Below, one piece after another: positions 34,318 through 45,583 of a DNA stretch of 64,000 nucleotides (position 1 is its first letter; the number at the start of each line of letters is the position of its first letter). This stretch comes from Rhizophagus irregularis (Eukaryota), in NCBI RefSeq assembly GCF_026210795.1, contig NC_089430.1, positions 806,001-870,000 of the forward strand, read 5' to 3'. The notes under the pieces are model-generated. The model made no database searches. It was given only the letters and a program-made list of their open reading frames with translations, and was not told the DNA's origin. Position numbers and translations under genes: made by a program.

Positions 34318-35837
34318 GCCATATCATTCTTTATGTCAGTATAATTTTCACGTTAAACATATGTGCGTTAATACAATATGTATGATACGGTGTGCAGAAT
34401 ACCGAATATATACCGTATGTGTAATACGATAATAATACATTATTCATACTGTAAAGATACTGATCGCAAAATACGGTTATACTGTATGATAACAGTATGT
34501 ATATTTTTTTATAGGGTTGAAAGCAATGTTTCAAGTAAGAAGATTTTCACAAGGTAGGTTACATAAGTTATAAATGTTTAGTATTGTTTTTTATCACAGT
34601 GTTAACAAATTGATGGTTTTAAGAAATCGACAGTTAAGAGAAATTTCGTTAATCATGTGTGGAAAAATTGGAATTTGAGATTAGTCTGGGGGAAAGAATT
34701 CGTATGTAGAGACTAGCATGTTATATACGAACGAATAAAAAATGTAATTGAGCAGTAAGACGCAAAATGTATACAAAAAAATAAGGAGGTCTTAAGGGTG
34801 TTAGTATAATAATACCATAAAATTACCCACAATGATAATAAGTAGCGTTGGAAATCAGTAGAATCCATTTTTCTCCATCGATGAAGCAACTATTAATTTT
34901 TACAGAACATATTATCTCTCGGGTAAATATTCTGATAGTTTATTATTGTCGATATTTCTCCCTATTCTCCTATTAAGTAACGATTTTCCTTTAACGTATT
35001 TACTGTATTTTTGGAATAATATAAATCATGGGCCAGGTCCCGAACTTATTCTACACATTCCTTTGAGAATCCCCTTCAGGCATTTTATAATGGGTATTAA
35101 TAAAAATAAACTACGCTATATGTATTTTTTTGTGAACGAGTGTCATATTTGCAATGTGTTGTAGTGTATCCCTAATAGCCGGCTGTGATGTTATCGTATA
35201 AAGTTAGGGTAACATGAAATTTGAAGGTTACGATATATTGGTCATATAATATCGATACCTGAAGGTCTCATCTCATGTGATCTTGAAATATTTTCCCTGT
35301 AAGGCGTTAAAGCGTGATTGAACTTGTTTCTCGTATCTTTACTATTTAACAGTTTCACCAACTAGTATAGCCAACGTTTCGTGATTGAAGTTTCTAATAT
35401 CAACAGGAATGTAGGAATGTAGTGTATTAACATGATTTATCGGTGAACTCAGCTCACAGTCTCTTCATATAACTTTTAACTATTAGGAATATTAACATGA
35501 AAAGCGAATGAAGCACTAGTAATTTTTTCTAGAAATGGATATGATACTAGTTATGGTATTTTTGTGACCTTGAAATGGTATATCGTATTCCTAAGGTGTC
35601 CTGTAATCACGTTGGATATTTTTATTACTTTGTCCCTTATAAAACATCGATTTATACCCTAGTTTGAATTTTTTTTCATAATTCATTGTTGCTATTTTAA
35701 TAACGAATGTATAGTTCTACCTAGGGGTTAGATAAATAAACGGAAAAAATAATTAACCGCAGACTGCCCAAAGGGCACATGATACTGTATAAATGGATAT
35801 CGACTGCAGTTATCATCAGGTAGAAGATAACGTGGGA

Positions 35838-35960
35838 AGAATATGAGTGGATGACTGCGGAGAAGAATATGAGTGGACAACGGGAAAGGAATGACGTATG
35901 GGATAACGTGGAAAGAATATGAGTGGACGACTGCATAAAAGAATATGAGTGGACAATGGA
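35838..35960. repeat. AGAATATGAGTGGA short repeat cluster; related copies at ~49520-49560 and ~49770-49820
   Basis: Four local copies and degenerate dispersed copies. Confidence 0.6.
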
Positions 35961-36253
35961 TATGTAGCATCCTATTCGTATCATTTAATGATTTAGGTGT
36001 GATAAATAAAATACAATGCTATGTACAGTATAAATATCGTCCGCAATATTTTAATGTCTCCAAATGTTGGAATTGATCAAATTTCGCTTTTATCTTTTTT
36101 CGAAATTATTGCATGTGTAATAAATGCTAATTCGTAATTTGTGTAATCGCTTGTATTAGCCTCATATTGATCAACAAAAAAATACCATAATTACTTTATT
36201 TCTTTATCCTGAGAATATTTATCCCAGATTGCTATCGGTATTACTTCTCAATT

Positions 36254-38772
36254 TAGGGTTGGTAAAAGTCCTTATTTCAGACCTAAAGACTCAGTCCTAA
36301 GACTGAGTCTGCAGATCTTTAAGTCTGATTTTTGGACTAATAAGGAGTTAGTCTTAAATGAGTCCTAACCAATAAAAAGGGTTTTTACATTTGGTATATA
36401 TATTACACGGTATTTTAATTTTTGTTGTACAAACTTATACAATGAGTTTAGATGACGCGTTTAATTTTGTTGACTTGGAGAGTGACGACATTTTGGATAA
36501 CATATTACATACTGAAAAAAGTTTTCGAAAAACTTCACCTCTATGGAATTATGTAGATTGTAAAAGCCCAGCTCACCCGGGAGTACCTGTATGCAAAAGG
36601 TGCAATTATGTATTTTCTATTAAGTCAAGTAATACTACTATTGAACGGCATCTTTTAAATAAGCACAACATAATAATCCCAAAGGTCAGAAAGCAAACAA
36701 CATTAAATTTCAAATGTACAGACCCTTGGCCTGCAAAAGAAAAATTGGAGCGAGACAAAGCAGTTGTTATTTGGATTATTGATAACCAACAACCTTTTAG
36801 TGTTGTGAAAAATGAAAAATTTATTGAAATGATGCATATTTTCGATCCTCGTTACAAAATTCCTGATCGACATCAAATAAAAGAAATGATTATTGATGAA
36901 TTTAATGAACGTCATTCTAATATTGGCTATGATTTACAAAAAATATCCAGTAAAGTTTCCTTCACTGCCGATATGTGGACATCAACTATAAATAGCGAAG
37001 CATACCTTGGCCTAACAATTGACCAAAATTGGGTTCTTCGGCGTTTTTTACTTGATATTATTCCTTTTAAAGTTTGTCATACAGGAATCAATATGGCAGC
37101 AGCAATCACTAATGTTCTTAATGAATTCAACTTAGCAGGTAAAGCGTTAGCACTTACTACAGATAATGAATCTGTGATGTTAGTCGGTATGTGGACGGAA
37201 ATTATCAGAAGAATTTGAAAAAGAATTAAATAATCTTACCTTCAGCCATTATCGTTGTTCAGCACATATACTTAACCTTGCAGTTAAGCAAGGAATGGAA
37301 ATAGTTGATCAAGAAATAGTAGAAGTGCGACAACTAATGTCAAAAATTAAAAATTCAGTCTTATTATGTGATGAATTACGTGAATTATGTGTTATAGAGA
37401 AACTTGAGTATCTTCGGCCAGAAATAGACATAAAAACGAGGTGGAACTCCACCTATTACATGCTTCGTAAGTTACAGCGAATGGAAACAGCATTGAAAAT
37501 GCTTGCAGCTAAACATGATAGTGTGCGTGAATTAATGCCAGATATTGAAGCATGGACGAAAATAAAGGTAAAAATGAAATAATATTTTTTTTTTAATAAC
37601 AAGTTTCTTTTTTTTCGTTATTACTACTTACAAAATTAAATCCTTTTTAATTATTAATCAAAGGAAACAGTGATCATTTTAGAACCCCTTGAAAGAGCAA
37701 CAAAAAACCTCTCAGGATCATTGTACCCAACTATTGCTGATGTTTGATTTTACTTTAATGAAATTCGTGATCATCTAAAGTATTGTGTGGAAAGGGAGGA
37801 TGGATTTGGACAATACATGTTAGCTGCTTCAATAAATGAAAAACTTAAAGAATACTGGTTAATTATTGATAATAATACTACCATCTCATCAATATTAGAC
37901 CCCCGAAATAAAATTTCTCTTTTTGAACCAGGTGAACCAACGACAAATGCTATTGCCACCTTACGTGAACAATTTTCCTTCTATCTTTCCCAAAAGCCAC
38001 AATCACAAGCTTCCCTTCCTTCTACATCATCAAGAGAATATTTTCGTCAACTAAAAAAATGTCGTATAGGAGTAACTGCTGAAACAACACTACCACCCTC
38101 ACCTAGCCCTGATTTTGCTGAAATAGAAAGATATCTAACTTTGCCATATGATGAAAATGTGGAAGCGCTTCTTTGGTGGCAAGCCCACTCCACTGAATTT
38201 CCGGTACTCTCACTAATGGCAAAAGACTACTTAGCAATACAATCCACAAGTGTAGCCTGTGAACAAGCATTTTCTGTTGCAGGCAATACAATCACCAAAA
38301 TTCAAAATCGTTTATGTCCAGAGACTGCAAGAGCTTCGTTATGTACAAAAAGTTGGATTAAGAATAATATTGGTGAACAAATTCGGTTAAAGTAATTCAA
38401 ATATGTTTTATTTGTTAAATGCAGTATTTAGTATTACGTTGTATAACATATTAACATATGATCATCATTTATACAAATAAAACGTTTAGTATATTTTTTT
38501 GAAGTTTTTTTTTTATTTTTATGATGTTTTTATATTAATTTTAAGGAAAACGATAAAAAAAAAAGAAATTTTAATATTTTTAATACAGAATTTGTAATAA
38601 ATGTTATACGTTAAACTGGTTTAGGACTGAGTCTTAGGATCTAGTCCAGAACCGGACTTGGTCGGACACAAGTCCTGGACTAATCATATATGGACTTAGT
38701 TTGTAGGTCCATCAGATAGGACTTGCAAGTCTTAGGACTAAAACTGGACTAAGACCGACTTTACCAACCCTA
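36254..38772 (+). mobile_element. hAT transposon
   Basis: 8-bp TSD TCTCAATT (36246-36253, 38773-38780); TIR TAGGGTTGGTAAA(A)GTC; subterminal GGACT/AGTCC repeats. Confidence 0.95.
36442..38395 (+). pseudogene. hAT/BED transposase, disrupted
   Basis: CKRC...HLLNKH, DMWTS, TTDNES, TRWNS and STSVACEQAFS; frameshift near 37190, intron ~37568-37663, in-frame TGA near 37746. Confidence 0.85.
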
Positions 38773-39074
38773 TCTCAATTGGTGCTAGTGTGGTAAATAT
38801 AACAAGTATGAAAATGACACAATTGGATTAGCAGAGCTCTTTCCACTGCGTGAGAATTTTTGGAAATGAAAGTATTTGGAGAATCGCTTCGCTTTGTGAA
38901 CGATTATTTTTGTGGTATTCTATTTATCAAATCCTGTCAAAACACGAACAAGAAAATATTTCCAATTAAAATAACGAATACTAATAATACTTTATTTTTC
39001 CATAACTAATAACGTGGAAGAATGTCTTCTGAAAAGGAACTAGGATGTAATGATGAATACGAAGTCCACAATGA

Positions 39075-40019
39075 ATGGTATTGTATTTATCGGAAAATAA
39101 GTTGGTGACAAGTCCACTAGTAAAAATTGAAATGATCAGTGATATTTTTGGCCCGCCTACTATACTTGCCGAAGGACTGATTAAGATGGGTAACAAGTGT
39201 CTGGAGTTTATGGATAAAAAAGAAAATCGTAATTTTCAGGTTGCTTACCAGATTGAATTACTCCCGAATAATAACCAAAAAGAATGGGAATATGCCATAC
39301 AGTTGGACCCCGTTACATGGTTTGATATGTTATATAATTTGTCTGGTGACTTGCCGAATACACTAAAGGCTGCAAGAAGTTATGTAAATAGTGTTCAGAG
39401 AAAATACAAACTGCCAGCTCCTATTGAGCCTACTATGAATTCCATACCTTCTAAAATTTATTGCGGGCATCACGCAGATTGTAAGTATTGTCCTCCACCT
39501 GAGAGTAATAAAAAAAATGTCTGGAAAGCCCCCTCTCTTAAAGGTGAGAATTTGAAGTGTATTCGTGATATGAATCCCAAACGTATTATACATAACTATC
39601 CCAAATTTTTATTAGAGCGTCCTAGTAAGAACCACAACTCGAACCATGAAGAGCCTCCTGTTTTTTGTGTTGGAATGGCTCCACAGCAAATTCGTTTTCC
39701 TCGGTATTGTAACTGGTACGTGGAGAAAGAACGTATAGTCATTGGAGAAGATGGGAAAGACGGTTGGATATGTGTGTCCCAACAGGATGATGTACGTGAA
39801 ATTCTAATATGTTCTCATCCCGGGACATACAATACATATGACAAGAATACTAGACCAAACAATCATAAAACGAACAAGCATTTAGTTATCGATAGGAATT
39901 TATGGATTTGGGTGCTGGGATACTTCATGTCTACATATTTGGTAGAAAATATCTGTAAGCAACAGATCAAAAATCCTGTTGAACTTTTGCGTTCAACTTT
40001 GGGAAATGGGAATCTCTAG
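39075..40019 (+). CDS. Hypothetical protein (314 aa); a decayed continuation to ~40323 is possible
   Basis: Long ORF with a CGHHADCKYC motif; no family recognised. Confidence 0.55.
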   Translation: MVLYLSENKLVTSPLVKIEMISDIFGPPTILAEGLIKMGNKCLEFMDKKENRNFQVAYQIELLPNNNQKEWEYAIQLDPVTWFDMLYNLSGDLPNTLKAARSYVNSVQRKYKLPAPIEPTMNSIPSKIYCGHHADCKYCPPPESNKKNVWKAPSLKGENLKCIRDMNPKRIIHNYPKFLLERPSKNHNSNHEEPPVFCVGMAPQQIRFPRYCNWYVEKERIVIGEDGKDGWICVSQQDDVREILICSHPGTYNTYDKNTRPNNHKTNKHLVIDRNLWIWVLGYFMSTYLVENICKQQIKNPVELLRSTLGNGNL

Positions 40020-40758
40020 AATCTAAAGACTATCAAGCAAAAGAGTGCCATGGTCATTTACACGTTCATATAAAACCGGAGGTGGTTATAGCATTCAAAA
40101 CTGCTGGAACTGATGCCATGAATAGAAAAATAGGGCAGCCTAATAAGCAGTATGGCATACAAAATTGTATAGAATTAGAAACGCATCGTCTATTAAGTTC
40201 AGAGATGTGACAAGTTATAGAAGAGATTAGTAGACTTAGATCAGAAACTAACGAGCTTAAAACAGAAATTAATGGGATGAATCAAAAGCTAGATGAGATA
40301 TTGAAACTTATTCAAAAAGGATAGTGCACTGCCATCAATAAATTATCAATTATATGACGCATTTTATTATATCAATCAATAACTGATGTAACGATATTTG
40401 TTATTCTTAATTAACAAAGAATTGAATAAATTTTTATTCGTCTACTATTAACTATTAAAACTCTCACTATATCATGTTCATTACATGGAGGTTTGCATTT
40501 ACATTTTTTTCGTATGTTCATTCACTAGTTCTAGTGCATATGAGGGTCATGATGTTGACAAACTCTTCAAATTCCCAATGGAAATGCCAAAAAATGTGGA
40601 GCGGAAGAATGTTTAATGAATGGCGGACATTTATGCAAATTAGTTATGTGCAAGTTTACTCGTGGTTAAGTTAGATGGTATTGGAATAGTAAAGAATCTG
40701 TTAACGAAAATGTTTATTTGAAAAAAATATCATTACAGCATTTAATAAATATAACATT

Positions 40759-41154
40759 ATGATCGAAATTGAGCTTACTTGTCGTCTTTGTCGTGAAATA
40801 GAGGAAAATCCTGAGTCATTTACCATTAAGGTCCCCATAATCGCAAATATTAATTATCTCAGAACGATTATTTTCAAAGAGATCAAGAGAAGAATTAATG
40901 ATGTCATTTATATCGAGCACGATCACTTGGAGCTATGGAAGGTAAAAAAGGTAAAAATTGATATTCTGGAAAAGCTCGAGGTAACAAAACTTGTTAGCAA
41001 GCACTGGGAAGAACAACCTGAAAGAAAGCACTTTCACGTTATTGTATGTTCTAAATTAATAATCAAAGACTGGGAGAACCGACGATTGAAAAAACTTGTC
41101 AAAAAAATCGAAAAGCTTACTGACCTTAGTCTTAGTGATAGAAGTAAGTATTAA
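40759..41154 (+). CDS. Crinkler (CRN)-type N-terminal ubiquitin-like domain, exon 1; the remainder appears truncated
   Basis: LELWKV and HFHVIV motifs; donor GTAAGT near 41144; paralog of 50336. Confidence 0.7.
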   Translation: MIEIELTCRLCREIEENPESFTIKVPIIANINYLRTIIFKEIKRRINDVIYIEHDHLELWKVKKVKIDILEKLEVTKLVSKHWEEQPERKHFHVIVCSKLIIKDWENRRLKKLVKKIEKLTDLSLSDRSKY

Positions 41155-41778
41155 AATCCCCGTTACATTTATTTACTTGCATGTACCCTTTGAATAATAC
41201 TAACAGCTAACACTGGCTCTTATGTTTAGATATTTCTGCGGAGGTTATCACAAATCATACAAGTATAGACGATGAAGAAAAACTAATGTCCGATGGTTAT
41301 GTAATTATGTTAAATGACATACTTTATTGAAAAATAAATATGATCTAGGCGGAGCCTACGAAGTAGATTAAGAAATGTTTTTTTTTGTTTTTAGTATTTT
41401 ATGAAATGCTAGAATCATTGTCATGAAATTTTTCTCCGCTCCATAAAGAAAAATATCTACAGTATAGTCTCTTATTTAGTTCACTCAGCATCATCTACTA
41501 ATAACTCGTTTCTTGAACTGAGGGTCAAGTGTTTCTATCCAGTATTCTCCCAATCAAATATCTGAATTATTCCAAAACACATTAGGCCAAAGATGCATGC
41601 TCGCCATATAATAGAATAACAAATTTCGAAATATATTTAGTCGTTTTAAAGAATGTTTATAACATGGAGTGTTTATAGTAAAATTGTAGTCCGCTTTTAA
41701 AGAAAAAAAATACAAACTAAATTATTAAGCGAAATAGTAGAAACATATAAATGACTAAATGAGAGAGGACGTAACCCT

Positions 41779-43469
41779 TAGAGATGGGCATGTTATATAA
41801 CAATATAAAATAACACAATGTTATATAACATATATAACATATATAACAGTTATATAACATAAATAACAATGTGTAACAAATATAATACTGGCCAAAAAAA
41901 TTGTATAGTGACTATAATTCTAGCCAAAATTATATTAAAAAATTTCTGATGTGATCGACGAAATAATTTCCTTTTTTGATTCTTGTGTAACAACTGGCAA
42001 AGATTTTCTCAATTTTTATTGGGAGACAAAATTTCCTTTTTTGGATTTTTGTGTAACGACACGTGATATGTGCCGAAATTAGAACTTAATTCTGGCTAAC
42101 TTAAATTAATTTTGGCCAATTTTGTTATATAATGTTATATAATATTATATATGTTATATATGTTATAACTAATATCAAAAAAGGGGGGACTCTTTCTGCC
42201 GATCATCATGACCATTTTTCACACGACTTCATAAAACAATAAACTTCATTTTTCTCGTTATTCCAACTAATAAACTTTCATTTTTTCTTCAAAAAACTGG
42301 TTCCTTGACGAAAAATACCCTTAATACTTTACTTTTTAACAAGTTTTACGTTTTAGTAGAGGGCTTACCAATTGCTGAATTTTTTCAAGGCTTCGTAACT
42401 AACGTTTTGGCTCCTAATAATTTGTTGTTTTGGGGAGTTTTGCTATAAGAAGACACCTGGAGCGGTCCCTTGGTAAAACTTGAGACGGAGTCACTTTAGA
42501 ATATTGGTCTTTGGAAGTTGGAGAGTCAGCTTTTTGGAGTCAAAGTGGACTTTTAGAGGGAGGTTTGGCGTGGCGAACGGGGTGTACGTAAGAAGGTAAA
42601 CTTCGGAGTAGTGTGTTGGTGGAAGTTTTAGGACGCATTTAGCTTTTTCTGGAGGTTGTTTGGTTTGGTGTTTTTTACCCTTTACCCTTTTTTCTTTCCT
42701 TTTTCTTGTCATTTTTTCTTTGGGTTTCGTTTTGGTTTAGCGCAGTAGTATTTTTAAGCATATGTTAAATGTCCTCTTAAGGTGTGTTACAAGGTGTGAC
42801 CTATCCGTTTTAGGCAAGATTTTTCAAGCAGAAGGTACCAATCAAAATTGAAGTTTATGGATATGCTGATCAACATTGGGGAGGCCAATTATACCAAGTC
42901 ACGTGTCTGGGATACGGGTACATTGGAAGACGTTGAAATAAATTTCTTTGGAGAAAAGTCCTGCATGCGAGAAACTAACTAAAGATCACAGATTTCGCCG
43001 AAGGAAGGTTTTATTCTGGTTTACTGGGATATAGTACAGAGGGGATTAATCTGTCTTTATTTAGATAATTATCTTGATAGGTTTCAAATAGGTTTTTTAG
43101 CGATCTTGCTTTTCCTTTTTGTTATCTAAGTAGTTGTTATAGATTTTTTTTTAATTTATTTGTACGGTTCAATTTTATTAAGTTATGAGATGTTGGGAAC
43201 ATCGTTTATCGTGAATAGCACGCTGGTTACGTTAGTCTTACACTTTAGAATAAATTCTAAAGTTTTTATATGGAGAGGTGTAGTTAGAAATAACTAGCTT
43301 CAATGTATTATGTTGTATTTACTAGTTAATGTAATGCGTTACTATTTTCTAATAAAAGGGACAAATACGTTTATAAAATAAAAAAAAAAAAAAAAAACTA
43401 ATATCAAAAAATGTTATATATGTTATATATGTTATAAATGTTATATAACGTGTTATATGCCCATCTCTA
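41779..43469. mobile_element. Non-autonomous hAT element carrying a nested retroposon
   Basis: 8-bp TSD GTAACCCT (41771-41778, 43470-43477); 13-bp TIR TAGAGATGGGCAT; subterminal TGTTATATA/TATATAACA repeats. Confidence 0.9.
42183..43395 (+). mobile_element. 1.2-kb non-coding non-LTR retroposon
   Basis: TSD AACTAATATCAAAAAA (42167-42182, 43396-43411), poly(A) tail, AATAAA near 43351, 5' G-run, no sense ORF. Confidence 0.85.
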
Positions 43470-43809
43470 GTAACCCTTGTAGTTCCTCCAAAGAGCACCC
43501 AAATACTTATTTTTTACTAAGAATATCGAGAACTTTCAATAACAGTCCCGTATACTTTTTCAGATCACCAGGAATTCGTAATTTCTTTTTTTGCAGAACG
43601 TGTCACTTTCTTTATCTAAAGCAATAGACCAATCGTAATATCATATTTGTCACCTAATATATATTCTAGGTGAAGCAGTAGCGAAGCCTACGAAGTAAAT
43701 TTTACATACATGTTCGTCAGAAGTTCAGTAAATAACATTAAAACAGATTATTGCTACCGAAATATGGTATATAGTTTTCATTTTTTAGTGTAATTTGTAA
43801 AGATATCCG

Positions 43810-43961
43810 ATGTGGCACAGGTAATCAATTCTAGATTTTATTTATTATCGGCGAGCATGCTCATGTAATACAATATTGATTATGTAATATTATCCGCAGC
43901 ACAAAATTTCTCAACAACGAGACTGTGACCTTACGGGTCACGGTTGCCTTAGAATTTCTAG
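43810..43961 (+). repeat. Dispersed repeat ending in a hairpin plus CTAG (possible Helitron 3' end); homolog at ~60957-61110
   Basis: Shared blocks TGTGGCACAGGTAATCA, CCGCAGCACAAAA and CAACAACGAGACTGTGACCTTA(C)GGGTC(A/T)CGGTTGCCTTA; CTAG|T 13 nt after the hairpin in this copy. Confidence 0.5.
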
Positions 43962-45583
43962 TATGTTCTAAAGCGATCACAAATAAGAGAAGTGCAGATC
44001 ATATAAGCCACACATTCCGGACATGCAGCCACAAGGCATGATGATATAATAAATTACTTAATTAGGATAAGCATCGTATATTGGAATTCCATTAGAATAA
44101 ACTTCGCAACACTGTATATTTTTTTCATTCCCTTAGACAAAACATAAAGACTAGTGAATATTAAAATGCTCGTTAAGTGTTAATGACAAAAAATGAATAC
44201 AGAAAATAAGAATAATGGCAGTTTTCATGATATATAGTGCATAATAATGATCATACTGCAAAATATAATACTGAAGTTGATAGGGAGCAGATAACAGGAA
44301 AAATATACAGAGTGTACTATTTGGGTACTCTTAAGGTGGAAGATACATCAGACATAAAGTAATACGAATATGATATCTACAACAGAAAATATATACAAGA
44401 ATAGTTCTTTAAATGATAATGAAAAACGAAGAAAATAGTAGTAAAAAAAAATAGATGCCGGGTTGTGTATATGATTTAGTGATGAGAATGAGTCAACAAG
44501 AAGCATACAATAATCGAAAATTAGGAGATATAGTGAGGGAACAATCAAAATATAATTACTCGACTACAGAAATAGCCATGCAGTATACTTATTTAGTAAT
44601 CGAAGTATTATACAATATTCGCATTCTAGCAAAAAAAAGAATAATCGTTATTTTGTAATTCATAAAGGAAGTAGAGAAATCTGGGAATCCAAACGGTCAA
44701 AACTATTTTAGAAAAGCTATAACAACAAATAAAAGACCAACTGATTCCAACTTTTAACCCGTTGTATCTGATTTATTTTCGTAATGGAAATAACTTCTTT
44801 ATTCCGGTTTAAATTCTTCCTGCTATTTGAAACCTGGATTCTTATTTTTTTTCTACTTTAGAAATGATTACGAATTAAGTATCTGACGGTTTTATAGGAT
44901 GATTATGATACAATAATATCACCTTTCTCCTGTGGAGTTATATTTTCGTTTCTTTGTTATCTCCTACATCAGTAGTTACATCAGCAATGTTATATACAAA
45001 AATTTGGGTTGTTTTAAAACATGGTAACAATAATTAAATAATAGGACAATATATCGCCCAACTTACTGTTTTTCTTGCTCAATATCCAACTTAAACTAAA
45101 TAATACCAACTCGCATTATTTTTCTAGCATTTCATTCAAGAAATCAAAAGATTGGTCTAAATAATAAACACTGAGTCCCGCCCACATGTTGCAATAGATC
45201 AAATATCAAAGGAAGGTTTAATAATAACCTATTACCATAACCTCAAATTTCTCAATAGATTTGTCAATAATTCAGTTTCAACAGTTTTAAATACTGAGGC
45301 CAAGATACAATTGAAGGAAATGCTCACTCAGTAAATCAATATTCTTTTCCTTATTGAATATGGTCATTAGACAATAATATAGAAGTACAGTCAGACCTCC
45401 ATAATTGCACACCCCTTGGGACCATATGCATAATTTTCAAAATAGTGCATTTAAAGAGGGTGTGCATTTATAGAGGTAAAATAATTAGAGATCATATAAC
45501 CTTGGGACCGAACCAGAGGGTGCATTTAGAGAGGGTATACATAGTGGGTGCAATTATGGAGAGTGCAATTATAGAGGTCTGAC

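Noticed and set aside
33988..34385. Three overlapping ORFs of 97-125 aa
   Set aside because: By-products of a stop-free 54-bp tandem repeat.
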